From assembly GCA_000004985.1 (NCBI GenBank), contig GG738880.1: DNA of 64,000 nucleotides. One strand, 5' to 3'. Shown here piece by piece: positions 23,301 through 35,668 of the stretch. Each line of letters opens with the position of its first letter. Positions within the stretch are counted from its first letter, which is position 1. The notes beneath the pieces are model-generated. The model searched no databases and was not told the origin of the DNA. It saw nothing but the letters and a program-made list of their open reading frames with translations. A program made the translations under genes and the position numbers. The stretch is from Naegleria gruberi (lineage: Eukaryota).

Positions 23301-23831
23301 TACAAGGTAAAAATTAACAAGAGAAGAAAACAACTGGTCAACCAAGATTTACAAGATACTGAAATGATTGAAACCATCTCGGATGACAGAGGTTACGACC
23401 TCTTTGAACAATTCTGCATCCAAGAATTAGCTACAGAAAATCTCTACCTCTTGGAATTACTGAGATACAATCCAGAGTTTGTGGAAGGAAGAAGTATGAA
23501 TGAATTGCCAAACTTTTTAGAAACCATTCATGATTTGTTCATCAAGACTGGAGCCGTTTCTGAAGTGAATATTCCATCAACAACTAGAAAGAGATTCCTG
23601 CAAATGATGAAACTTGTAAAGGAGGAAAAGAAAATGTCAGTTGAAAAGATAACTCTTGAAGTTCAGCAATGTTTTGAAGAATTGCATGATCAAGTTTCTG
23701 TTAATTTGGGAGATACCTTTTCAAGATTTGTTCTAACAGAAATTTATGAGCAATACAGGAATCAACGTGCTTTGAAAATGGAATTGGTCAAACAAGCCAA
23801 TATTGATATTGAATTGGAAAATTTGAAATAA
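17384..23831 (+). CDS. Giant receptor of about 2,100 aa. Order of domains: signal peptide, Kelch blades, 15 tandem EGF-like modules, Ser/Thr-rich stalk, GPS (GAIN-type) motif, 7 transmembrane helices, C-terminal RGS domain. Exons are 17384..20708 and 20758..23831.
   Basis: ORFs 17384..20743 and 20751..23831 join in frame across a 49-nt intron with a GTAATT donor at 20709 and a TTGACAG acceptor at 20757. Kelch signatures are YAFGGND, LVYLFGGDS, YIYLIGGIS and VYVIGGKN. Fifteen repeats follow the pattern CSG.G.C..P..C.C..GY.G..C. The GPS-like motif is CMYWNEEVSMWKSDGCQYSNSSKDSIICQCTHTTKFSTF. Seven hydrophobic helices follow. The RGS signature blocks are FEQFCIQELATENLYLLELLRY, IHDLFIKTGAVSEVNIPSTTRKRF and LTEIYEQYRNQ. 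Confidence 0.75.
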
Positions 23832-23961
23832 ATTTATTACCTTTTTCAGAACAATCGACAATAAGAGTATTGTGATAATTATTAATACTTGAAGAATATT
23901 AATCTAATTGAGGTTTTAGAAAGAAATGAAGATACACTAAAAATTGTCTTGGTTTTGACCT

Positions 23962-26900
23962 TTAAAAAAGATCATCTTCTCTTGCTTGTTCAGCTACAAA
24001 AATCTTCATCTTCTCCATTACTCTCCTAGAAATATAGAACAAGTGTGTATCAGAAAGTCTTTCAAAGAGTGGGGAATTGTACAAGTGTTCCAATAACATG
24101 CAAGTTTCTGGGAGAATGCCTTCACCATGTAATTCTTCCAAGCAATATTCTGTTAATCTGAATATCGAAGTGGCCATGGCAATCTTCTCCTCATCCAAAT
24201 CTTCATTACTATCAGAAATTACATGTTCAATGAAACTAGAACTGAAGGACATGTATTCAGGGGCAACAAGATCAATATCAATCAAACTAATATAAGCAAT
24301 AGTAATGCAAACATTTGATAAATATCCAGTAATGTCATCAATAACCTCTTCAGTTGTGTAAAAGTCCTTATTGGCAAATAATTTCAAAACTCGAATCAAT
24401 TTTGGAGCCATCTCCTTCATGAACTTGTAAAATCTTTCATCTTTAACACCCTTTCTACCAGCAGATAGAATAACTCTTCCCAAAGACCATACTGCATTGT
24501 GATAGACAATAATCTTCTTTTTCATGATGGAATCATCTTCAAGAGTAGTCTCCTCATAAAATCTGTCACCTACAACGGCTTCCTTTTTCAAAACCTGAAA
24601 GACAAAATCATATAAAAAGTCGTGGGTTGCATCTTGTGGAGTAACCTTGCCAGTTTCCTTATCAACATCGAATGGACACAAATGGAACAAGTCAGCATTA
24701 CTCATATTACCAATGGTGTGAACAGCACAATCTCTGGCTCTGTAATTACAATGGTTATGGCAAACTCTGACGAATTGTGTGAGGAAGGTGAACATGTCGT
24801 GTTTCTGGAAGAGTTCTACAAGAACCTTGCCATCAATATTTCTCATAACAGCATTAATTGTTGTAGAAAAGGCAGAAATTAAATCTTCAGTCTTGTCAAC
24901 TTCCTTCAATGTGAAAATATTTTGCATAATTTGCTTCTTTCCATAATCGAGGAATTTCTCAATAAGATTGGTATCTGAAAAGTGCCTTGTAAATTCCAAC
25001 GAGTCGTAGAATGAGTCAAAGAGACAAACCACAACAAGGTGATGTTGTCTCTTCTTTTCTTCTTCAGTGAGATTTTCCAAATCTTCAGGATAAATCAACT
25101 CTCCACTTTCACATATCTTTTCAAACAAGTTGGAATATAACTTGTTAAAATGTGGTGTGAATCTAGTGTAGGTTCCCTTAGAGTATGATGTTTTGGTAGT
25201 GACTATTGGTTGATTGTCATCATCTACGAGAGTAATCTTTCCACTCTCGAGCTTGTCTGTAACAGCTGTAATAATGACACTGAATTTCACAAAGTTCTGT
25301 ACAAAGGTCTCGCAAGTTTTCAGAATTTCTAAAATAAAACTCTCCTTCAAGACTTTCATTTCTGAAATGTAGCTGGCAAGTGAGACACAGGCAGCTTCTC
25401 TAATGCTATAGTGACTATCTACAAGCTTTTTAGGCAGCAATTCCATAATTTCCTTTCTGAAAACATGAATAAACTCAATAATCTCTTTGATTTCATCAGA
25501 GGTATCAGCTTGATTGCTAATATGTTCAATTAGACCCCAATTATTCGAGGCCTCTCCTTCTCTGTTGGTATACAGCTTACTGAAGGCAAATGTGACCAAA
25601 ATGGCGGTTTGCTTTACTATAATGTCATGAATATCCACTGGTGCTTGTTTCATTTCTTCCAAAGCATAACGACAGAATGGATCCACAAAATTTTCAATAA
25701 CAAATTCAACAATTTCATAACTTGGAACAACATTTCCAGTTACTCCACCTTTTTTCAAGACATCATTAATTATTCAAATTTGTAATTTAACAATATTAAA
25801 TGAAATATTAAATATGAAATTAACATCAAATGATAAAATTTCTCACATACCTCCTAGAGTAATATTAGTTGTGAGCATTTCTCTCACTAGAATACCCACA
25901 CAATTGTAGGCCTTTTGACGAACAGTCCAACTGACTTTTCCTCTATTTCTTCCCTCCGTCAGTCGTAAAAGAGGATTTGACACACCGGTTACTTTCAAGT
26001 CCTCTAAAAGCATTGGTAACAGAGCTATACAAAGTGGCTTACCAAAGCAATTGCACAAGGCTCCTACTACTGTTTGTGAGTGAGCTCGTATGCTGTCCAT
26101 ATTTCTAAGTAGACCCTCTCGAATGTGAGATTGAGTACTCTCATATTCACTAAACTCGTAAATTAAAGGAAGGAATGGTTCGAACATATAATCCTTGATG
26201 ATGTGAGCAATGAATCTCTTCATGTCCTTGATTTGTGCAATTGTAAGATTGGTTTTGAGTGGATCCGAGAAGGTTGAATGTTGCATTGTTGATGATGGTG
26301 TTGTTGTTGTTCTTATTTCATCTAGCTCGTTTGCTCCAACAGTTCTGAAACCTCTTCCGTCAAATACATCCTCAAGTTCATCTTCTTCATCTTCGTCGTC
26401 TTCATCCTCTTCGTCTTCCTCATCGAGAGCCATTTGTTGATCTTCTCTGTGAGTTGAAGTAATTGAAGAGATGAATACTCCCCAATAAATTAAGCATTCC
26501 TTCAATAGTCTTTCTTCAATGATATTTCTATTCCATTGAGTAATTTCCGAAGAGGTGGCATTATCGAGAGTGTGTTTTACCTTTCTATCATAGAAATACT
26601 TGAGTAGAATGAATTGGAAGAAGGGTAAACTTTGGAAAGTCGATCCCTTCAATTCTGGTGCTTTCTTCTTCTTGATTGCATTCAAAATTCGCTGTCTATC
26701 TGTTAATTTTGGTTTTGGACCAAATTCATGTAAGTATTTAATTCCCCAAGGTAATAACTCTGTTAAAAAACTAGTAAGGAAATAATACATGAGCATTACC
26801 CAATTGGGTATTGAATCATTCTCATTAGTATAAATAACTGTAGCAGCATGTGTCCTCCACGGAAGAACCTTAAAAGTATTATCCTCTTCCTCTGCCCACT

Positions 26901-27405
26901 TTTCATAATCATACTCCTTGTAATTATCCATGAATATCTGATAGGATTTTTCATATAATTTATAAATCTTACTGTGCAATAGCAAGACATGATTAAATAA
27001 TGGTTCAAAGAATTCAAAGTCAATATCTTGTCCAAGCTTTATATGATAAATAAGATACCTAAAAGATAAAATCATTGTTCTAATATTCAGTACTATTTCA
27101 TCATCACTCGATTGAAAAAGATTGTCGGTTATTATCAACTCTCTATACTTTCCTTCCACCTCCAAAAACGACTCCAAAATATTCATTGTCCTTTTTTGTG
27201 TCTCATCGACAGACATTTCTTCATGCTTTGAATAGGTCTTATCCTTTTCAAAAGATACTAGATTTGTTACAAACATCCGATGCTTCTCACTCGGAATGTT
27301 GGCTTGCAAATGCTTCACCAGCTTATCAAAAAAGCTTTTAATATCAAACGTCGTTGATGATGGTGTTGAAGCTTCTTGTTGTTGAGGCATTTTTTTTGTG
27401 TTCAT
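23962..27405 (-). CDS. Large alpha-helical protein of about 1,130 aa, HEAT/ARM-repeat-like, function unknown. Exons are 25851..27405 and 23962..25748.
   Basis: Upstream ORF 25843..27489 has its first ATG at 27405 (MNTKKMPQQQ). It ends at a GTATGT donor at 25850. The acceptor AAAAAAG at 25749 continues in frame into ORF 23962..25758, giving a 102-nt intron. An acidic (D/E)n tract is encoded by a GAA/GAT microsatellite near 26340-26430. Predicted secondary structure is all-alpha and repetitive. Confidence 0.6.
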
Positions 27406-27911
27406 CTTCAAATTTTCATATTTTTGAAACGGAAATTTTTTTGTTGAACAAATATTGCAACAATTTTGAGCGGAATGATTAAATCTCAAAGAAAAAATCT
27501 CATCCTATTTACAAAGTTTATTGTATTTGATATTAAATTTTTCTTGGAATGTTTTAGAAGCCATTAAAGAAGATGTTGTTATTGGCGCACTTTTTTTGGT
27601 AACGCTTCCAAATAGCAGTTCGATGTCGCATTTTTCAATTTTTAAAAAAATTTATTAAAAAAAATTGATCGAACACATCATCAATAATTTCTCTTTGTTG
27701 TTGGAAAATCTTCTTTTTTGATTGTGGCCACAATACACCGACAAACAATAGCAACAGCAATAGTATATTTAGTAAATTGCAGAGGCTTATAGAAGAATAC
27801 AACATTATAAGAACAACAACAACAATTTTGGATCTGAAAGAAACAATCTTTGGATACCAATTATACTAGTAGTAGAATAGATAGTAATTTATTTACATTT
27901 TAATCGGAAAG
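27406..27911. promoter_or_regulatory. Divergent promoter interval between the minus-strand HEAT-like gene (ATG 27405) and the plus-strand LisH/HEAT gene (ATG 27912).
   Basis: About 500 bp, AT-rich and ORF-free, with poly-T/A tracts. The genes diverge head to head. Confidence 0.35.
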
Positions 27912-30900
27912 ATGAATGATTACGTAGCCAACTATTTAATCAAGAATAATTTCATGCTCACTGCATTGGAATTCTATCAAGAACTTTTGGAAGAAGGACA
28001 AGAATTAAAACTTTTGAGAGATTACTTTGAAAACAAGGAATATAAGAATGAACAAGCATCATCATCCAACAGCAATGGTATGATGATTCAAGTCGATTCA
28101 CAACATACAAAAGCTCTCGAAGAACAATTAAAAAAGAAGGATGAAACCATTTCAATGATGGAATACGAAATTAGACTTCTCCAATCAGATATTGCCAAAT
28201 TAAAAGGTCAAGCAAAGGAAAGTTTTGTTATACCAACAGTAAACAAAACAGCTAAAGCAAATGAAAACACTGAAGGTAATGAAGATGAAAATGCCGAAGG
28301 AAATGATGAACCTACAACACCAAATGTAGATCACAAGATGGCCTCCGAACCATTAACAGTACACGAAAAGCAAGTTGTAAATTATCTTGTTAAAGATTAC
28401 TTGGTTAAACAAGGATATAAAATCAGTGCTATTAGTTTCACTGATGAAGTACACGAAATGGACATGTTCAATTTAGATGAAGTTTTATCAAATAGTGATG
28501 AAAATGAATTGCCAATAGGTTTGTCATATCTGTATAGACACTATTATAGTGGAGGTGATAAGACCAAACAAAATATGAAGGACACAAAGGCACTCAGAGA
28601 AGCTCTTGCTCAATTGGAACAAAAGGATAAATTGATTCAATCTTTGGAAAAGTCAATTCAACGTCAAGATAAAGCAATAGAAAAGCTCAAGTCTCAACTT
28701 GAATCTAATGCAACATCAGCAACTACTTCAGATGAAACACCACTAAATTCAAGCACTGATGAATCTAACTCAGTTGTTTCACAAGATGTTATGGTACTTC
28801 AAGCCAAACTTAGAGAATTTGAAAATCAAGAATCGAGTATTATTCAAATTTTGGGTGAAAAACTCCCTGCTCTTTTGGAAACAGCCAAATCAAACAAGAG
28901 ACAAGAATTCATGCCAATTCTTGTTGCAACCCTCCAATCACACCCAGATGCCGAAGTGAGAGAAACACTCTCCGAATCTCTATTCAATCTCATCAAGAAA
29001 CCTGATGATCAACAACGTCAAATGATCATTAATGGATGTATTAGTTTAGCTAGACGTATTTCTCCAGATAGATTTGAAAAGGAACTTCTCCCTCAATGTT
29101 GGAAACAAATTACTCACAAGTATACTGAAAGAAAAATACTGGTTGCTGAGGCCTGTGGTGAATTATCTCACTACGTAAAGGCCTCTCTGAGACCAACAAT
29201 GCTCTTGACAACTCTCTTCAAACTCATGGAAGATAAAACTGATGAAGTGAGAGCTTCAGTTGTTATCAACTTGGCCAAATTAGTCAAGACTTTCACAGAG
29301 GAAGAAGATGTTGAAAGTAAGAGTAAATATTTCCAAATCGAAGAAATGACACTCAAATTCCTGTACGATAAGTCAGAAGCTGTTGAAGATGCTGCAACAA
29401 CACAACTTGTACCATCTCTCATAACATGGTGCTTTACCTTTGATTATTTATTTGAAAAGTTTGCTCCAACCCTGTTGAGTAACATTGAGAATTTGATTAA
29501 GAAGAGACTCAAGAGTGGATCAAATGCCAGTAGCTCCAAGATTGTTGTCCTTTTGAGATGTTTCAGTGGTGTCATACCATACATTCTCAAATTAATGACC
29601 AAGACAATGCCAGCAGAAATTCACAACTCTGAAAATACCAAGGATGAACAATCCATGAAAAAGATTATGGATAAGTATATTGGAGAAACTTCTCTTTCGG
29701 ATTTGGAAAAGACCAAGTCTGCATCTTGGAAGGGTCTTTACTGGTTACTCAATGTTTGCACCAGAAGACTCTTATCTGTTGCTGCCTCTGTAAACATTGA
29801 ACATACCAATGTAAGTATATGGATTTTAATTGTTAATATCAACAATATTTAAAGATTTCTAAAGAAATTTACACAATTTTCAATGGATTATGTGAAGCAT
29901 TTGGAGAACCTGTTATTTCAAAGATTTTCGAACAAAAGATTGTTTCCCTCTTGGAAACAAGCTCAGACACCATCATTGACGGAACTATTGAAGTTGTAAA
30001 GAAGGAAAAGGACACTGAAAGAACCAGTGTAACTATTGTAAAGGAAAGACTCTTACCAGTGTATATTTGTGGTGTATTACCATTCAGTCCTAAGGAAAGA
30101 ATTTCTGAAGTACTGAGAACACTCATTATCAATGTATCCATCTCAGAGAGAACATGGGAAAGCTCACATATGCCATTCTTGTACAATGCCCTTATTAGCG
30201 GTGTAACCATGAATGAAAAGCTGAGAAATGACATTCTTACTGTTGTATGCAAACTTGCTGTTAATCCTTCCAAGGTTGTTCGTTCATCAGTTGCTGATAT
30301 TTTAACTGAATTAATTGAACCATTGGAATCTGAAATTTTGGCAGCTCAAATCTTGCCTGCACTCATTACAGTTGCCTCTGATATGGAATCTGACATTAAG
30401 ATGAAGGCTGTTAGAGGTTTGGGAATTTTGGCATGTAGTTTGAGTGAAGTAGCAGATTTTAACAAGCTCTCCACTCAATTTGACATGCTTTTAGATTCTA
30501 GAGATAGAAGTATGTTCAAGGAAGTGTTGAACGTTTTTTCAGAAATTATTCCTCAAGTTGATCCATACTTCCGTGATAGTTTCATGATTAAGAAATTAGT
30601 CTGGCTAGGTAAACAAAATAACCAAAATAGTGATTTGAGAGATCGTAGAGATACTGCCAATTTATTATTGGACAATTATCGTGCTCTTAATGGATGTATT
30701 ATGACCGATGAAATTATTTCTGACATTATTGAAGGATTGAAACTCTTGTCGAATGATTGTGAACTCATTACTGACTCTTCTGTAGCATCATTTGTTTCAC
30801 AAATGAAAGAAGAATTGGAAGCCATTGTCCAACAACATGCCAAGGAACAAACAAAGGGCTCAACTCTTATTTCATTCTCTGCACTCATTGACAAGATGAA

Positions 30901-31153
30901 ACCAAACATGGAAGGAGGAAGTGGAGCCATGAGTTCTCTTGCCTCTTCCACTGCCAGTATTTTAGGATCCAAGGAAAATAATTCTCCAAACAATGCCACA
31001 TCAACAGCCTCTACAACAGCCAACAATAATCCTTCAAACAACTCGACCAATTGGCAAGGTATTGGAAGTGGTAATCCTGGTAAATCAAATGAAGAAGTTA
31101 AGGAAAATCTTAAAAAGATCTTTACTTTTGGTTTGGCAGGCAAGAAGCAATAA
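27912..31153 (+). CDS. LisH-domain and HEAT-repeat protein, comparable to KIAA1468/RELCH, about 1,045 aa. Exons are 27912..29810 and 29855..31153.
   Basis: ATG at 27912. The N-terminal LisH motif is YVANYLIKNNFMLTALEFYQELLEEG. Long coiled coils follow, then HEAT-like helical repeats in the second half (ILPALITVASDMESDIKMKAVRGLGILA). A GTAAGT donor at 29811 and a TTTAAAG acceptor at 29854 give a 44-nt intron that joins ORF 27912..29852 to ORF 29951..31153 in frame. Confidence 0.65.
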
Positions 31154-31240
31154 ACTTTGTTTACTTTCTTCCCAAATCTTGCTTCAAAAAATGTATATTC
31201 GGTGCAGATCATTTATGAGAAAGTTTCAATAGTTGTTTTA

Positions 31241-32257
31241 TTATGGCTTGTCAATTTTAATCTTGTACAATTCCTTGCCATTCTTATCCATTGCAATCAT
31301 GTAAATGAATGATTTTTGAATTTCCACAGCAAAGAATCCAGAGTCATTGTAAACATTACTCGAATACTTGTTGTAAACTGTTGGTCTAGTATTCCCAGCT
31401 CCTCCTCCAGAGATGACATAGTTTGTAACTTCATTTGGATCCTTAAGCCAATTCAAAAAGTGGTCATGTCCTGAAAGATAGAGTGGAAGCTTGTACTTTT
31501 TAAAGAGAGGCAAATAATTCTCAATGAGAGTGGTAGTATCTCCGTGTATTCCGGCTGAATAAACAGGATGATGTCCTAAAACTATACTCCAAGTATTTGT
31601 CTTTCCATAATTTTCCTTCAACACGCTCTCAATCATATTCAATTGATCTTGCTTAAATGCTGATTGTTCCTTTACATATTGTTGATTCATGAGTGAATCT
31701 GGTTGAAATGTATTTGTATCAGTCACAACGAATGATACATTAAATCCTCCCAAAGTTGATGTCTTGTTAAATATGTAATAATATGCTGGCAAATCCCATA
31801 GTGAGCTCTTGTATTGAATTTGAGCATTTGGATTATTTCTATAATCATGATTTCCCAGCATTAATTTCCAAGGTAAATTCTTTGTTCCATTATATTGAGA
31901 ATAGATATTTTCAAATTTAGTTGCAAACTGTTCATCAGTGGCACTTCCAACTCCATAATCATAAATATTATCCCCCACTCCAATAACAAATGAACACTTC
32001 TTCACTCGGTCACAGTAGTCTCCCATACTCTTTGCCACACTCACTTGGTCAGCATTGGCTCTTCCCTGATCCCCAACTACTAGAAAATGTAAATAATCAT
32101 CCGAAGCTGTATACACTGGATCTGGATAGATATTGATATTTTGTCTGCCAAATATCACTGAAGGCACAATAATTATTACCAAACAAACAGCAAAGCATGC
32201 CAACAAGAATAACGCCAAGATGAAGAGTATAATACCCAACCTCAGCTTTCTATTCAT
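31241..32257 (-). CDS. Tartrate-resistant (purple) acid phosphatase type 5-like metallophosphoesterase, membrane-anchored, 338 aa.
   Basis: The N-terminal TM anchor is LGIILFILALFLLACFAVCLVIIIV. All metallophosphoesterase and ACP5 metal-ligand blocks are present in order: VVGDQG, VIGVGDNIYDYGV, LGNHDY, VLGHHPVYSAGIHGD and LSGHDHFLNW. Confidence 0.85.
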   Translation of the reverse strand: MNRKLRLGIILFILALFLLACFAVCLVIIIVPSVIFGRQNINIYPDPVYTASDDYLHFLVVGDQGRANADQVSVAKSMGDYCDRVKKCSFVIGVGDNIYDYGVGSATDEQFATKFENIYSQYNGTKNLPWKLMLGNHDYRNNPNAQIQYKSSLWDLPAYYYIFNKTSTLGGFNVSFVVTDTNTFQPDSLMNQQYVKEQSAFKQDQLNMIESVLKENYGKTNTWSIVLGHHPVYSAGIHGDTTTLIENYLPLFKKYKLPLYLSGHDHFLNWLKDPNEVTNYVISGGGAGNTRPTVYNKYSSNVYNDSGFFAVEIQKSFIYMIAMDKNGKELYKIKIDKP

Positions 32258-32621
32258 TTTTTTGAATTTGAATCATCAGAATCATTGAAAGTTGAATGTC
32301 ATCCAAGTTCATTAATGGAAACCAGCATCACAAATATTCGGAGAAAAGAATAAACATTTCACAAAAGTTCCAAATATTGTTATTATCCAATAGTTGAATA
32401 AATTTTTCATTCGTATCTACTTGAATATAGATTGTATTAAACTCACCCCGAATACTTTTCATTTACTTCCATTGGTGTGGTGGCGCCTTCATCACGTAGT
32501 TCCATTTTTTTTCTGTAATTTCTTAGTGAAATTTGCCGCCAAAATTATTTTGGAATACTTTGATGATTCTCGAACTCTTAAATATTGAAATAAGATGCTG
32601 ATTAAGGAATATATTTATATT

Positions 32622-33894
32622 TTACAATTCATCTTTGAGAGATTTGAAAGCTTGATCACCACCAATGACTCTATCCAAAAGGAGAGAAGCTTCAGAGAGT
32701 TCAGTAATGGATTGTTTGAGGGCAAACTTCTTCTTGCTTGCTCTATAGACGACAATTTGCCATCCTTCTTGAGAATCAATTGAGAAGAGTCCTCTCAATG
32801 AAGTATCAACATCAGAACCAGAGTTGACTTGGAGAATGGTATTTTCTGGATACTTTTCAGCAAGTTGCTTGAGTTGTGATTCAGTTTGAGAATCAACAAA
32901 GCCAATAACACACATTCTTTCACACTTCTTATTCAAAGTTTCCTTATCTTCAACAATGGTGATTGGAGCTGCCTTCTTTTTTCTTGGAACAGGAACTGGA
33001 GCAGAACGGTCACCCTTTGGAATGTTTGCTTCAACAAATTGAACCATAGAACCCTTCTTCAATTGACCATCATATTTAACATAATCTTCCAATGATTGAC
33101 CATTCTTAAAGACAAGCAATGCTGGTGTCTTTTCAATGCCAAACTTTTCAATTAATTTATCACCTCCAACAAAGGCAAAATCAACCTTTCTGCTTGTAAA
33201 TTCAACAGCAATTGATTTGAATAAATTAGGATTTGCAGTCTTACTGCTGAACAAGACAACTTTAGCATTTTGAGATGAATTTTCATCGAGAATCCATGAA
33301 TCCAAATCTTCATCAATCTTTTTAACTGGATCCTTAACTGCATTCAACAAGGAGAGAGCAGCACTGACAATACTTGATGATTCTCTAGCTCCTTGATAAT
33401 CTTCTGGCTTGGCCTTGGATGATTTATAGGCAGGGAAGATTTTAATAGTTGGGAAGCCACGAATTCCGAATCTTTGGGCCAATCCCTTTTCATTATCACA
33501 ATTAATACGTCCAATATTTACAACACCTCCAAGTGATTTAGCAGCCTTATCATATTCTGTTGTTTTAAACCATTGAATTTAACAAGGATGATAATTTCCA
33601 CACACAATTTTAAAATTCCAAAGATTGTGTGCAAGATTGTGAAAGATTGTTGGATGATAATATAAGAGGAAGAAAAGAAAGGAATAACCTACCTGGATGA
33701 AGTCTTTGACAATGTCCACACCAAGGAGCAACAAAGGCAACAATCCAAGGAGCATCACTATTAGTGACCAATCTATCAAAATTCATATCAGTCAAATCAA
33801 CAACCTCTGGTGAAGAGGATGATGATGCCATCACAGCAACAGCAGCAAAGGCCACCATCAAGGCAGCCACAACAAACAACTTCCTCGAGTACAT
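32622..33894 (-). CDS. Protein disulfide isomerase (thioredoxin-domain secretory protein). Exons are 33695..33894 and 32622..33556.
   Basis: Exon 1 carries a signal peptide ([23 protein letters not shown]) and a thioredoxin active site [12 protein letters not shown]. It ends at a GTAGGT donor. A 138-nt intron (33557..33694) joins in frame to ...[43 protein letters not shown]..., the classic PDI a-domain continuation. A C-terminal ERp29/PDI-D-like helical domain follows. Confidence 0.85.
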
Positions 33895-34075
33895 CTCGTT
33901 ATCGGAATAATTTTATAAAAATTTGATGAAAGTAATTTTTTTTCAACTTGACCATTCCAAAATTCCAAAACACGTGTTTTTTCAAAGCCCTTCGGAATTT
34001 GCCTTCTTTCTTCCTCATCATTAGATGATGAATTAATTACATAGAAATTGAAAAAGATGATGCTAAATAATCATT

Positions 34076-35668
34076 TTACCAAGAAAACATTTTTTTACTT
34101 GTTTTTTTCTTTGTTGTTGAAGCTCTTCTGGAACTTCCGAGCTTTCTCTTCTTTTCTTCGGTGAGGGTAACACCTTTGGATCTTTGATTTTGAGAGATTT
34201 TTGATGGAGAAGTTGGTGGAATGACATAGATTGGTAACTTTTTACCACCTACATTAGGTGCAGCTCCATTCAAATCGACAACAATCTTGGTTGATTCTGG
34301 AGAATCAAGTTTTGGTGTCGATTGGTGATACTTGATTTGTGTCAGGACCTTTTCATTTCCATGTGGAACATCTGATTTGAATTTGAAGAGATTGAATTGT
34401 TTCCCTCCACGAGGGCGTGGTTGTATTGACTTGTTGGCAGTTATCAAAACATCAATATCCTTATCTTGTTCTTCAGGGACAATGGCTGGTCTATTCTTCT
34501 TTTTAAGGATGAGATCACTTCGAGAACTGTTATTTATAGTTCTGAACACGTCGAGTGGAGAGATTGCTCTGCAGTTTCCATGGACTTCCTTGAGATCCTT
34601 ATTTGTTTCCTTAATTGTCGTCGGGACAGCATTCATTGGACAGCTGTGAGATGTGGATTTTGGTATTGTAATTTTGGCCAATGGTTGTTTGTAATGTGGA
34701 ACACTTATGGCAAAGTCAATTTCCTTTTCATTGCTGGCATTTGTTGGTGAGCTGTTAATATTTTCACTATTATTTGCAGTTGTTATTGTTACAGTTGTTG
34801 CATTACTAATTGTTGAAGAACCATTAGTATTGGTAAAACCAATCACTACAACACCGTCCTCTTCATTGATCATCTTCTTTGGGGAGTTTTTGAGTGGAGG
34901 AAGATTTGATTTTTCCTCGTCACTATCCGAATGAGAACCATTGGTTCTAACTCTATTCACCCTTGAAACATATTCCTTGCTATCAAGAGATTTACAAGTA
35001 GGATTTGCTCCTGTCATATTCTTGTTAGGTTGCGGTGATGATCTTGATCTACTTCTTGTGTCTTGTTTGAGTTTTTCCAAATCGGTGACACTTTCTTCAC
35101 GACCTGGTGTTGAACCACGTCTTGTTCTATTCCTAGCCACACCCAACGTAGGATTTTGAGGTGGTGGATCTCTCTTACTTGGTGTTGTGAATAATCTTGA
35201 ATTTCCAGTCACAGAAGTAGGTGATGAATTACAATCAGAGTTTAAGGCACTATTGAAAATCTTGACAGGATTGGGAATGGAAAATGTGAGCTTCTTAGGG
35301 GTTTTACTTGATTTTGGGGAACTAACTTCCTCGAAATGATGATGAGGCGGTGTTTGAATTGGTGGAGGAGATGATGAATTTATCTTTCTCTTGTGACATG
35401 TTTTACAAATAGAAATTTCAGGAGCGGTTATTGGAGTTGTAATGGTAGGATTGGTTGTAGATATGGTTCTTCTTCGTTGTGTAAGTTTATAACAATCAAA
35501 TTGGTCTTGCTGAGTATTAGTCAGTGGATAAATAGTGTTATCACACTCATCAAATGAATTACTCTTTGGAATCAGGATTTTCATCTCTTCCGAGTCGAGT
35601 GAGTTGAATTCACAGAGAGGATTCTTTGCTTGACATTCACAATGGGATGATGAAGCAGAAATTCCCAT
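34076..35668 (-). CDS. Ser/Thr/Pro-rich hypothetical protein of 530 aa with an N-terminal MG myristoylation-type start and a Cys-rich N-terminus.
   Basis: ATG start with MGISASS. The N-terminal Cys cluster is HCECQAKNPLCEFNS...CKTCHKRK. The remainder is long low-complexity S/T/P sequence with a basic C-terminus. No recognisable catalytic domain. Confidence 0.5.
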   Translation of the reverse strand: MGISASSSHCECQAKNPLCEFNSLDSEEMKILIPKSNSFDECDNTIYPLTNTQQDQFDCYKLTQRRRTISTTNPTITTPITAPEISICKTCHKRKINSSSPPPIQTPPHHHFEEVSSPKSSKTPKKLTFSIPNPVKIFNSALNSDCNSSPTSVTGNSRLFTTPSKRDPPPQNPTLGVARNRTRRGSTPGREESVTDLEKLKQDTRSRSRSSPQPNKNMTGANPTCKSLDSKEYVSRVNRVRTNGSHSDSDEEKSNLPPLKNSPKKMINEEDGVVVIGFTNTNGSSTISNATTVTITTANNSENINSSPTNASNEKEIDFAISVPHYKQPLAKITIPKSTSHSCPMNAVPTTIKETNKDLKEVHGNCRAISPLDVFRTINNSSRSDLILKKKNRPAIVPEEQDKDIDVLITANKSIQPRPRGGKQFNLFKFKSDVPHGNEKVLTQIKYHQSTPKLDSPESTKIVVDLNGAAPNVGGKKLPIYVIPPTSPSKISQNQRSKGVTLTEEKKRKLGSSRRASTTKKKTSKKMFSW

